Positions 53,090-62,832 of a DNA stretch of 64,000 nt are shown piece after piece. The translations under genes were made by a program, and so were the position numbers. The notes under the pieces were generated by a model that had not been told where the DNA came from, searched no databases, and saw only the letters and a program-made list of their open reading frames with translations. This stretch comes from Candidatus Marinacidobacterales bacterium (lineage in GTDB: Bacteria; Acidobacteriota; Vicinamibacteria; Marinacidobacterales; SMYC01), in NCBI GenBank assembly GCA_965224085.1, contig CBDCYI010000011.1, positions 1,088,001 to 1,152,000 on the forward strand, read 5' to 3'. The stretch's first letter is position 1; every line of letters starts with the position of its first letter.

Positions 53090-54628
53090 ATGACCGCGCG
53101 ATCACGTGTGGTGCTGGTGCTCCTGCTGCTGCTTTCGGTGGGCGTCTTGCTGCGCGTGGCCCATTGGAATCCCGGCGAAGCCTCGGACGACAGCCGCTAC
53201 ATGAACTACGCCGCCCAGATGCTCCTGGGTGAGCCTCCCCCATACAACATCCATTCGGTGCGCTTCGGTTATATCCTCTTCCTGGCAGCGGGCATGCGCC
53301 TGTTCGGAACAACCACATTCGTATGTCAGGCGCTGGGAATCGGCGTCTTCATCGCAACGGCCCTCCTGCTCTTCGACATCACGAGAAGGCTTTCCGCCAC
53401 CCGAGAAGGATTGCTTGCGGTTGGTCTATTCGTACTTCTTCCCCTCGACATCGTCAGAAGCACCTGCGTTTCCCCGGATGGGCTGATGACGTCGCTCGTG
53501 CTGACGGCGAGTCTGCTCTACCTGCTCGCGAAGACCGAGGCGCCGGGCACGCGGCAATTCGGTCTGAGCATCGGGGCGGGGTTAGCTCTTGGCTGGGCAG
53601 TTTCGGTCAAAGAGCCAGCCGTCGTCGCCGGCCTGGCATTCGCGGCCGATCTGCTCTTCACGACTAGAGACCGACGCGGTCTTGCCATCTTGTCCGGCAT
53701 GGCTCTGGGTGGACTTGCCCTGCTGGGCCTGGAGAGCCTGGGTCTCTTCGCATGGACAGGAGATCCGCTCTTCCGCATTCAACACACCTCGGATTACGTC
53801 AGTTCCGGTGGATCATTTTCGCTGAAAAATTCCTTCGACCTTCATGATGCGCTCTTCTACCTGCGGCTCGCGTCGAACTCATGGGACCAATACGGAATCC
53901 ACGGCTACCTGCTGCTCGTCGGGGCCTTGCTAGCGATCAATCGACGATCCAAGAGCGCGGTCTTCCCGCTCGTATTCTGTGGGGTTGTCGCAGCCTACTT
54001 CTCGGTCGGAACCATCAGTCTCTCGCGATACGTGCAGATCTGGCAGCAGACGCGGTATTTCCACGTCGTTCTCGTCATGGGATGCGTATTCGCTGCAATC
54101 GAGCTTCTGGTGTTGGCGCGTGATCTAAGGCTGAAGCCTATCATCGTAATGGCCGCTGGCGTCGGACTAGTTGCCGTTTCGCTGTGGGCGGCCAAGGAGA
54201 CGGATTGGCGAGGGACCGTCCCGGTGGCGACTTGGCTGGGCGAGCTCGACGACCGGCGCAAAGCGGATTTCGTCGTCCTCGAAACGTTCGCACGAAGGCA
54301 GGCGTTGGAGCATCGCCAGGTCGTGGCTGCGTGGCCGACAATTCCCGACAACGCGACTCACTCCTCCAAGCTCGTCGCCACCACGCTTGCCGGCCGCGGA
54401 CTCGTCGTGGATCAGTTTTCGTTCGATCGAGAGCACCTTCAGGAAGTCGAGTTGAGATTGACGAGTGGCCCGGAAGTGACGTTCCGGCACGAGGTGATTC
54501 AGGGCGATTCCTGGCCGCCATACAAGCAATGGATCGGGATCGGACAAAAGGAAGTCACGATCGGGCGCATTTGGTGGCTAGCGTCGAACCTGGAGACGCC
54601 GGCTGACGGATCCAGGAGGCGACAATGA
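53090..54628 (+). CDS. Glycosyltransferase family 39-like membrane protein
   Basis: SDDSRY, PD, KE and RY motifs with many TMs; in frame with the upstream P450 fragment. Confidence 0.75.
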   Translation: MTARSRVVLVLLLLLSVGVLLRVAHWNPGEASDDSRYMNYAAQMLLGEPPPYNIHSVRFGYILFLAAGMRLFGTTTFVCQALGIGVFIATALLLFDITRRLSATREGLLAVGLFVLLPLDIVRSTCVSPDGLMTSLVLTASLLYLLAKTEAPGTRQFGLSIGAGLALGWAVSVKEPAVVAGLAFAADLLFTTRDRRGLAILSGMALGGLALLGLESLGLFAWTGDPLFRIQHTSDYVSSGGSFSLKNSFDLHDALFYLRLASNSWDQYGIHGYLLLVGALLAINRRSKSAVFPLVFCGVVAAYFSVGTISLSRYVQIWQQTRYFHVVLVMGCVFAAIELLVLARDLRLKPIIVMAAGVGLVAVSLWAAKETDWRGTVPVATWLGELDDRRKADFVVLETFARRQALEHRQVVAAWPTIPDNATHSSKLVATTLAGRGLVVDQFSFDREHLQEVELRLTSGPEVTFRHEVIQGDSWPPYKQWIGIGQKEVTIGRIWWLASNLETPADGSRRRQ

Positions 54629-54698
54629 CCGGCGCCCTGAAGATCGTCGGGCACGTCGCTTCTGACGGCTTACTTTTTCTCGAGCAGATTGTCCCGAC

Positions 54699-55445
54699 AT
54701 GATGCTTTCCCCGAAACTTTGCTGGCTGGCCTTCGGCGCGACTTCCGCTACGATCCTGTTTTCGATGTTGCTGGTGGGATTGAAGGATCGCACGGCACTG
54801 GAATTCTTGTTGGTGAATGGCGGGATTGTCGAGTCTTCGCCCGCGCTGATCTTTCTGCTCGCCTCGGTGGGCTCCGGGTTGATCGTGCTGAAGACGAAGA
54901 AGCTTCTCCCTTGGGCGTTCTTTGCCGTGTTTTGTTTTTTTCTCGCTGGCGAGGAGGCAGAGTGGGGCCGTGACCGGATATTGGGGTGGGAATCCTCGAG
55001 ATTCACCAAGGAGGAATCGCAACCCGCCGACCTTCACAACTGGTTCACCGATGTGGTCGCAGAACTCGTGCCCAACCATTGCGGCGAGAAGGCGCCACCG
55101 ATGGTCACCACGATCGTGGGTAGCGCGACGATGCTCCTTGCCTCTTGAGTTCTCGGGCTTGCCATCTGCCTCGGCCTTTTCGCCCCCCCAAAGAAGATCC
55201 CCTGGAGTTCGATGAAAGCATTCTGGCAGAGAGATCTCTCGCTGCAGTTTGTCATCACCGGCATCGTTCTGATCATGTTCGGCTTCGTCGATATGCTACA
55301 GGAGTCCTTTGGCCTATCGTATGTGCCCGGCATGTGGCCCCTGGAAGAATCATTTGAGGTGCTTGGCAGCATCGCGCTGCTCTTCGCCGCATTGATCAAG
55401 CTCCTCGAGCCTGTTCCGACAGAGGCCGGCAGCCCCCCCATTTGA
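54699..55445 (+). pseudogene. Membrane protein with an in-frame TGA at 55146-55148
   Basis: ORFs 54699 and 55212 share one frame; NGGIVE, GEEAEWG, LHN and EE.FE motifs. Confidence 0.65.
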
Positions 55446-55576
55446 TCGTGATCGCCATCGGCGAAGGCGAAAACGCGACCTGTTCTTCCCAACAAGTGGT
55501 ATGCGTGAGGTTTGTTGATCGCTGGTTTTCGACGCCCCGCGATGAAGACGCCCAACGATTAGAAATCATGGACAAA

Positions 55577-55607
55577 TGGCGGAGGCGGCGGGAATCGAAC
55601 CCGCATC
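55577..55607 (-). mobile_element. tmRNA/tRNA 3'-end fragment (att-site remnant)
   Basis: - strand GATGCGGGTTCGATTCCCGCCGCCTCCGCCA = T-arm, acceptor strand and CCA; the 5' half is absent. Confidence 0.75.
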
Positions 55608-55653
55608 ACAACGGACGAATGCGACGAAGAATCAGACACTTAGGTTGTCGGTT

Positions 55654-55714
55654 GGAGGTGCGAAGGAGGTGCGACCGAATCCGGTAAACGTCGATACCAT
55701 ACAATTTGTCAAAT
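55654..55714 (+). other. GGAGGTGCGA direct repeats and a degenerate dif-like site
   Basis: Repeats at 55654-55663 and 55665-55674; AACGTCGATAC-CATACA-ATTTGTCAAAT at 55687-55714. Confidence 0.5.
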
Positions 55715-55747
55715 AGAATCTGAGGCCTGGCGCGCGCTTCAGAGGCT

Positions 55748-55920
55748 CAGATTCCGGCGTGTCTCGAGCGTTCGACCCAGTGCTCTTTCGCGAGTTCGAA
55801 GGCCTCTTCGAGCTGAGCGCGACGACCGTTTCTCGTCCCTTCACCCACTTGTCCGCCGCCTCACGGGCGCGGAAGAAGTGCATCTGGCTTCAGGTGGGGC
55901 TAGTTGGTTCCCGTGAGTCC
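55748..55920 (-). pseudogene. MerB (organomercurial lyase)-like C-terminal remnant with in-frame UGA
   Basis: PT*SQMHFFRAREAADKW...(frameshift) EEAFELAKEHW. Confidence 0.55.
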
Positions 55921-55932
55921 AAATAAACGGCC

Positions 55933-56391
55933 GTGGAAGCGTTGACCACGGGCATGCGTCTTCTAGCGACTTACAAACTACTGCTCGCTCTGCTCTTGAT
56001 CGCCGTGGCCTTCGAATTGGTGCCGTTGATCGACGAAGACCTCGTGGCGGTGGTTCACGTTTGGATCCTGCGGCTCCATGCCGACCCTCATCACCCCATC
56101 GTGCGCCTCGTTGTGCGCAAGGTTCTGTCGGTGCACATCGAGACCCTGAAGGAGGTCGCCCTTCTTACCGGCTTCCTCGGTGGCTTGCACCTCATCGAGG
56201 GGTTCGGGCTTTGGCTGAAAAAACTTTGGGCCGAGTACCTGTGTATCGTTTCCACTTGTGTATTCATCCCGCTGGAAGTCCACGAGCTGATTATTGACTT
56301 TCACGCGCTCTCGCTTTTCACGCTCTTAGTAAATATATCCGCCGTTTGGTATCTTGCGCGACGGATTAGACGGACGCGGACGTCGCCGTGA
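55933..56391 (+). CDS. DUF2127-family membrane protein
   Basis: GMRLLA.YK and EGFGLWLKKLWAEYL...IPLEVHEL. Confidence 0.8.
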   Translation: MEALTTGMRLLATYKLLLALLLIAVAFELVPLIDEDLVAVVHVWILRLHADPHHPIVRLVVRKVLSVHIETLKEVALLTGFLGGLHLIEGFGLWLKKLWAEYLCIVSTCVFIPLEVHELIIDFHALSLFTLLVNISAVWYLARRIRRTRTSP

Positions 56392-56524
56392 TTCTTGCGG
56401 ACACGATTCGGCCGTACACGTGGCCATGGCGCCTTCCGCGACCTCCCTCATTGTCGAGGGCACCCTCGATTCGGGCGTAAAAGCTGAGCTCGTCTTACCG
56501 ACCTCAATGCGAGCCCGAGCAAGT

Positions 56525-57963
56525 TCAAATGACGTAGCCCGCGACGACGAAGGCGATGGCAGCGAGGCCGGCGGCGACGAAGCCGTACGGCATTTGCGTG
56601 ACCGCGTGACGATAGTTATCGCATCCCGCCGCGGCCGAGGACAAGATCGTTGCGTCAGAATAAAAACAGATATGCGCGCCCCAGACGCCTGCCGATAGAA
56701 CGGCCGCGACCGCGAGGATAGGGTCCGCTCCGTTCGTTTGCGATAGAGGAATGACGATGGGAAGTGCGATGACATACATGCCCCAGTTGGTGCCCGTGAT
56801 GAACTCGGTGACGCCGAGGACGAAGAACGTGATGACCGGCATCAGCGCGGGCGACATCAGAGGCGCGGCGCTATGAATGACATAGGCGGTGAAGCCTATC
56901 TGCTCGTTGGCTTCGGCAAAGGTGAAGGCGAGCACCATCATCATGAGCGGGAACAGCATGTTCTTGATGCCTTTGACGCTCAAGTCCGCGAACTCCGCTG
57001 CGCCGAGGAGATCCTGCACGACATAAATCACGAACATGAAGGCCATCGTGCTGACGACGCCTCTCGCCATGTCGACGTCGAAGTAGACAGTTGCGGCGAC
57101 AAGAAAGAACATGGGGGCGAAGAAGTTTACGAGTCGCGGCCGCTTGGGAACGTGCGGCGCTTTGCCGGCTTTGATATCGATCTTCTCCGAGCCGGGTGGC
57201 GCGAGAACGCCGGTCTCGAATGAGCGTTCCTCGGCGCGTTTCATTGGCCCGAAAACGGGGATAACGCCGAGGATGACGAGCGGCACGATCGCGGCTGCGA
57301 ACCAGGCGTAAAAATTATAGGGGATCGTCTTCAAGAAATAGACGAGACCTTCGCCCTCCGCGGCGAGGCCGTTCGATTCGAGCAAGCGTCCGACGAAAAC
57401 ACCCCAGGTCGAGATCGGGATTAGCACGCATACCGGCGCGGCGGTCGAATCGACGACATAGGCGAGCATCTCGCGCGAGACTTTGTGGCGGTCGGTGACG
57501 GACGCCATCGACGAGCCCACCGTGAGAGAGTTGAGATAGTCATCGATGAAAATCGCCATCCGAGCACCCACGCCCATAGAAGGGAGCTCTCTCGGGACTT
57601 CGCCCTTCGTGAGACCCAATCGCCGAAAGCGAAAGAGCCGCCGGCATGCTCAATGAGCGCGATGATGCTTCCCATCAGTCCGCAGACGAGAAAGAGCCAC
57701 GCCATGTCCTCGCTCATCAAGACCTTCATCACGGCGTCGTTGAAGGCTTCAAAAAAGCCGCCGCGGTGAACCATCAGGAAACCCATGAGCGAGGCGAGGA
57801 TGAGCGCTTCGAGAATGCGCTTCGTCCAGAAGATATAGACGATCAGGAAGAGCGAGGGGACGAGCGTCAGCAGACCGAACGTTCGCGGATCTTCCGGCAG
57901 ATAGTGCCCGAAGACGCTGATGATGACGGTGACGATTCCAGCGACGAGGAGTGCGCGGCGCAT
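56525..57963 (-). pseudogene. NhaC-family (Na+/H+ antiporter-like) transporter with a frameshift near 57560
   Basis: IFIDDYLNSLTVG, DSTAAP..PISTW, TGTNWG and H.CFYSDAT; the N-terminal part is in ORF 57421..58050. Confidence 0.82.
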
Positions 57964-57976
57964 AGTTGACGCGGCG

Positions 57977-58219
57977 TCAGTCGGCGAGTGCCACGAGCTG
58001 CTGGACAGCGCGATGCGCTTGGTCGATAGCACGGTCCGCGTAGGCTTCACCGCCGGCGTCGGAATTCGCTATGGCCATTCGTCCAAAGGGCTTCCGGCCC
58101 AAGACGCAAGGCTTGTCGTCGGTGGACTCTGGCTCGCCGAGATAGGCATATTCGTAGGCGAGGAAGTCCCGGCGCGTGATGTCGCGACCCATGCCCAACT
58201 CCAAATCTCTACGACGCAT
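57977..58219 (-). pseudogene. Spermidine dehydrogenase (SpdH)-like gene collapsed by an in-frame deletion
   Basis: N-terminal LGM.RDITRRDFL joined directly to C-terminal AYEY...GRMAIANSDAG.EAY.D.AIDQAHRAV. Confidence 0.75.
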
Positions 58220-58320
58220 GTCACCTCCCGACTCAGCGGTCGAGACTAACATACGTTCGAGAAGACTTGTGCTTGGTCGCGAGAACGTGGTCTACTTATT
58301 GCTTCGAGGCGACAATTCAG

Positions 58321-58779
58321 ATGAGAATTGAACGCGGATCGTTTCGGATCGACTTCGCCCGAGAGCTCGTCGAAGAAGTCCTTGCCGCCGCCGCGAAAGC
58401 GGCTGACGCCCACGATCGGGACGTCTTCCGACAAGAAAAGGCCGTGATCGACGGTATCGAGATCGTGGATATTCGTGAGGAACGTCTCAACGCGCTCGAC
58501 CTACATTGGATGGAGCAGTTTCACATCTCGGATTCTTTCGAGCGCGTGCTCGGCAGCCATCCTGGGCTCGAGGATTCCATTTCGGAATGTGTGCTCCGGC
58601 TGGCGCGTTCGACGGAGGATGAAAAGGCTTTTCTTTACGCGTCGCACGCGACTTTGAAGCGCGATGACAAGAAGCCTGTTCTTGTCGTGCAGCTGATGGC
58701 CGCTTCGCTGCTTTCGATCGAACGGCTACGGGAGCTTCTGGCGCCTCCGCTCACGAATGCGCAGCGCCAGCGTTCCTGA
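58321..58779 (+). CDS. Hypothetical protein
   Basis: ORF with genome-typical codon usage; no family recognised. Confidence 0.5.
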   Translation: MRIERGSFRIDFARELVEEVLAAAAKAADAHDRDVFRQEKAVIDGIEIVDIREERLNALDLHWMEQFHISDSFERVLGSHPGLEDSISECVLRLARSTEDEKAFLYASHATLKRDDKKPVLVVQLMAASLLSIERLRELLAPPLTNAQRQRS

Positions 58780-58784
58780 GCGCG

Positions 58785-59330
58785 TTACCTGTCCTGCCCG
58801 GCGTCGCGCAGGCGCGGCTTCACGTCGTCGGGGGGCTCGATCTGAAAGGCATTCAACGACAACGCCACCAACGTGTAGTAGCCGATGAGAATCGTGAGCT
58901 CTGTGATGCTGCGCTCCCCAATGTGCTCGAGCGTGTCCGCGAACACTTCGTCGGTAACAAAGTGCTCGTGCAACAGTTCGCGCGTGTAGTGGTAAACGGC
59001 GCTTTCGTCCGAGAGCTTGAAAGAGGGCGTTTCGCGGCGGCCTATGGAATCGATCGTATCGGCTGAGAGCCCGGCCTCGAGGGCGGCGGTCTCGTGAATC
59101 GACCACTCGAGCTGTGCCTCCCAGAAGCGCGCCGTGACGAGGATCGCAAGCTCGCTGAGACGCCGATCGAAGCTCGTCTTGTAGCGAGCGAGCTCTCCAA
59201 GTCGTTGAGCCCGCTCGGCAAATTCCGGGCTGTGAAGCCAGGCGCGAAACGGCCTGTGGAGGCTCCCCCGGGACGCTAGAACGGCGTCATAGACCTTGGA
59301 TTGCTCGGGGGAGAGATGGTGTCTCTCTAG
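58785..59330 (-). pseudogene. Carboxymuconolactone decarboxylase/AhpD-like gene split by the IS pair (5' end near 62714-62728)
   Basis: LSPEQ.KVYDA..SRG...PF.AWLHSPE and ELAIL.TAR...EW.IH; GGAGG + GTG AGT CGG ATC CCC lies beyond the IS pair. Confidence 0.85.
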
Positions 59331-59333
59331 CTA

Positions 59334-61017
59334 GTACCCGTCCTGACAGGTGTAAGAGGTTGAGAAAAAAGGGGTAATCGCAAATTTAGGGCTAGCCTTC
59401 TGAGGGAGTGTCGTTTAGTATCGAGTCGACAAAAACGCAGATTCTAAACGACTTAACTCCAAAGGAGACCAGCCCTAAATGCGAAAAACGATCAACCCAC
59501 AACCAAGCCTATGCGAGCCCTGGCTGGAGGTGGAGCACGCGCGCGAGCTCGAAGCGATCTCGTCGGTGCTCGATGCCCATCCTAAGCTCAATGAGTTGGT
59601 ACTGCAAGACCTGAGGTCGGTCACCCCATCGGCAGGGAGCGATGTTGGTCGTGGGGGAATGAGCGCGGAGCAGGTTCTCCGTGCGTTGTTGGTCAAGCAG
59701 CTGAATCAGTTCACCTATCGGGAGCTGGCGTTTCACTTGGCAGACTCTCGAAGCTATCGGACGTTTTGCCAGCTCGGCATCATAGAGCCGAGCCCGTCGA
59801 AGTCGACCCTAGCAGCAAACATCAAAGCCGTGAAGTTCGAAACGCTGGAGAAAATCAACCGAGAGTTGGTGAGTGTTGCCGAGAAGACCGCGATCGAAAA
59901 AGGAAGAAAAGTACGAGTGGACTGCACGGTAGTGGAGTCGAATATTCATTCTCCTACGGACTCCGAGCTTCTTTATGACTGCGTCCGAGTTCTCACTCGC
60001 CTCATGTGCCGAACTCGCGAACTGCTGGGTACAGTAGTGGTCTTCGGCAATCGAACGCGTCGAGCGAAGAGACGTCGACTGGGAGTTCTAAACGCGAAGG
60101 ATAAGGAACAAAGGCGTCGCGTCTATCGAGATCTACTGAAGGTGTCGGAAGAAACCTATCGCTCCGCTCAACGCGTTGCAGACCAGTTGGACGAGTCCGG
60201 CTTGACCGAGCCGGTGAAGCGAGCGAGTGCGGAGAAGATCGCCGCGGATTTTAAGCACTTTCTCGTCCTCACCGAAAAAGTCATCAACCAAACTCGGCGT
60301 AGAGTGATTGATGAAGAGCGTGTGCCTGCGGAGGAAAAGGTCGTTTCGATCTTCGAAGAACACACCGACATTATTCGCAAAGACCGGCGCGAGACTCTCT
60401 ACGGTCACAAGGTGTGTTTGACTGGTGGCTCGTCCTCGATGATTTTGGATTGCGTGATCTTGGATGGGAATCCGTCCGATTCAACTCTCGCGGAAACCAT
60501 GATCGACCGTCAAGTCGAACTCTACGAACGGGCCCCGCGCCAGGTTGCCTACGATGGCGCGTTTTCTTCAAAGGCAAACTTGGAAGCCATCAAAGGCAAG
60601 GGAGTTGAAGATGTTGCCTTTACCAAGGCTCACTTCGCGGTGACCGATATGGTCAAGAGTTCCTGGGTCTATCAACGCCTACGGCGATTTCGCTGCGGAA
60701 TCGAAGGCGTCATTTCGTTCTTGAAACGAGTCTTTGGTCTCGACCGATGCACATGGCGCTCATTGCCTTCTTTCAAATCCTACGTATGGAGTTCCATCAT
60801 CACCTGCAACCTGTTGGTAATGGCAAGGCACCTATTACGATAATAATGATTACTCTTACTGCGTTTATAGCCATGGATTGCTGACGATTCGCCTCTCGTT
60901 TCGTCCAAGATTTTCATTCGCTTCCGAGCCTACGAGGTGCCGACTGAAAACGTATAATACCCACATCTTCGATAGGCCTCTCGTACACCACAAGTTATGG
61001 TGTTTCTGGACAGGAAC
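59334..61017 (+). mobile_element. ISNCY (ISDol1-like) insertion sequence, copy 1
   Basis: Imperfect TIRs GTACCCGTCCTGACA / GTTCCTGTCCAGAAA flanked by TAGCTA; exact ends are ambiguous within CTAGCTAG. Confidence 0.85.
59479..60843 (+). CDS. ISNCY-family DDE transposase
   Basis: RVDCTVVESNIH.PTDS, EKVVSIFE.HT, YDG and R.GIEG.IS.LKR. Confidence 0.92.
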   Translation: MRKTINPQPSLCEPWLEVEHARELEAISSVLDAHPKLNELVLQDLRSVTPSAGSDVGRGGMSAEQVLRALLVKQLNQFTYRELAFHLADSRSYRTFCQLGIIEPSPSKSTLAANIKAVKFETLEKINRELVSVAEKTAIEKGRKVRVDCTVVESNIHSPTDSELLYDCVRVLTRLMCRTRELLGTVVVFGNRTRRAKRRRLGVLNAKDKEQRRRVYRDLLKVSEETYRSAQRVADQLDESGLTEPVKRASAEKIAADFKHFLVLTEKVINQTRRRVIDEERVPAEEKVVSIFEEHTDIIRKDRRETLYGHKVCLTGGSSSMILDCVILDGNPSDSTLAETMIDRQVELYERAPRQVAYDGAFSSKANLEAIKGKGVEDVAFTKAHFAVTDMVKSSWVYQRLRRFRCGIEGVISFLKRVFGLDRCTWRSLPSFKSYVWSSIITCNLLVMARHLLR

Positions 61018-61023
61018 TAGCTA

Positions 61024-62707
61024 GTACCCGTCCTGACAGGTGTAAGAGGTTGAGAAAAAAGGGGTAATCGCAAATTTAGGGCTAGCCTTCTGAGGGAGTG
61101 TCGTTTAGTATCGAGTCGACAAAAACGCAGATTCTAAACGACTTAACTCCAAAGGAGACCAGCCCTAAATGCGAAAAACGATCAACCCACAACCAAGCCT
61201 TCGCGAGCCCTGGCTGGAGCTGGAGCACGCACGCGAGCTCGAAACGATATCATCGCTGCTCGATGCCCATCCTAAGCTCAATGAGCTGGTACTGCAAGAC
61301 CTGAGGTCGGTCACCCCATCGGCAGGGAGCGATGTTGGTCGTGGGGGAATGAGCGCGGAGCAGGTTCTCCGGGCGTTGTTGGTCAAGCAGCTGAATCAGT
61401 TCACCTATCGGGAGCTGGCGTTTCACTTGGCAGACTCTCGAAGCTATCGGACGTTTTGCCAGCTCGGCATCATAGAGCCGAGCCCGTCGAAGTCGACCCT
61501 AGCAGCAAACATCAAAGCCGTGAAGTTCGAAACGCTGGAGAAAATCAACCGAGAGTTGGTGAGTGTTGCCGAGAAGACCGCGATCGAAAAAGGAAGAAAA
61601 GTACGAGTGGACTGCACGGTAGTGGAGTCGAATATTCATTCTCCTACGGACTCCGAGCTTCTTTATGACTGCGTCCGAGTTCTCACTCGCCTCATGTGCC
61701 GAACTCGCGAACTGCTGGGTACAGTAGTGGTCTTCGGCAATCGAACGCGTCGAGCGAAGAGACGTCGACTGGGAGTTCTAAACGCGAAGGATAAGGAACA
61801 AAGGCGTCGCGTCTATCGAGATCTACTGAAGGTGTCGGAAGAAACCTATCGCTCCGCTCAACGCGTTGCAGACCAGTTGGACGAGTCCGGCTTGACCGAG
61901 CCGGTGAAGCGAGCGAGTGCGGAGAAGATCGCCGCGGATTTTAAGCACTTTCTCGTCCTCACCGAAAAAGTCATCAACCAAACTCGGCGTAGAGTGATTG
62001 ATGAAGAGCGTGTGCCTGCGGAGGAAAAGGTCGTTTCGATCTTCGAAGAACACACCGACATTATTCGCAAAGACCGGCGCGAGACTCTCTACGGTCACAA
62101 GGTGTGTTTGACTGGTGGCTCGTCCTCGATGATTTTGGATTGCGTGATCTTGGATGGGAATCCGTCCGATTCAACTCTCGCGGAAACCATGATCGACCGT
62201 CAAGTCGAACTCTACGAACGGGCCCCGCGCCAGGTTGCCTACGATGGCGCGTTTTCTTCAAAGGCAAACTTGGAAGCCATCAAAGGCAAGGGAGTTGAAG
62301 ATGTTGCCTTTACCAAGGCTCACTTCGCGGTGACCGATATGGTCAAGAGTTCCTGGGTCTATCAACGCCTACGGCGATTTCGCTGCGGAATCGAAGGCGT
62401 CATTTCGTTCTTGAAACGAGTCTTTGGTCTCGACCGATGCACATGGCGCTCATTGCCTTCTTTCAAATCCTACGTATGGAGTTCCATCATCACCTGCAAC
62501 CTGTTGGTAATGGCAAGGCACCTATTACGATAATAATGATTACTCTTACTGCGTTTATAGCCATGGATTGCTGACGATTCGCCTCTCGTTTCGTCCAAGA
62601 TTTTCATTCGCTTCCGAGCCTACGAGGTGCCGACTGAAAACGTATAATACCCACATCTTCGATAGGCCTCTCGTACACCACAAGTTATGGTGTTTCTGGA
62701 CAGGAAC
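61024..62707 (+). mobile_element. ISNCY (ISDol1-like) insertion sequence, copy 2
   Basis: Direct tandem copy with a period of 1690 bp. Confidence 0.85.
61169..62533 (+). CDS. ISNCY-family DDE transposase
   Basis: Same protein as copy 1 except 4 N-terminal substitutions. Confidence 0.92.
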   Translation: MRKTINPQPSLREPWLELEHARELETISSLLDAHPKLNELVLQDLRSVTPSAGSDVGRGGMSAEQVLRALLVKQLNQFTYRELAFHLADSRSYRTFCQLGIIEPSPSKSTLAANIKAVKFETLEKINRELVSVAEKTAIEKGRKVRVDCTVVESNIHSPTDSELLYDCVRVLTRLMCRTRELLGTVVVFGNRTRRAKRRRLGVLNAKDKEQRRRVYRDLLKVSEETYRSAQRVADQLDESGLTEPVKRASAEKIAADFKHFLVLTEKVINQTRRRVIDEERVPAEEKVVSIFEEHTDIIRKDRRETLYGHKVCLTGGSSSMILDCVILDGNPSDSTLAETMIDRQVELYERAPRQVAYDGAFSSKANLEAIKGKGVEDVAFTKAHFAVTDMVKSSWVYQRLRRFRCGIEGVISFLKRVFGLDRCTWRSLPSFKSYVWSSIITCNLLVMARHLLR

Positions 62708-62832
62708 TAGCTAGGGGATCCGACTCACCGTGGTACCTCCTGATTTCGGAAACGTGTGGTCAATATTAATAGAAGACACCGCGAAGCCCAACCCCTTACG
62801 TCCATTTAGCCGGTAAATGATACTGTACGAAG

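Noticed and set aside
55146-55148. In-frame TGA as selenocysteine
   Set aside because: It lies in a hydrophobic TM segment with no redox motif; a TGG-to-TGA nonsense change is more likely.
55577-55607. Complete tRNA or tmRNA gene
   Set aside because: No D-arm, anticodon arm or complementary 5' acceptor strand is adjacent.
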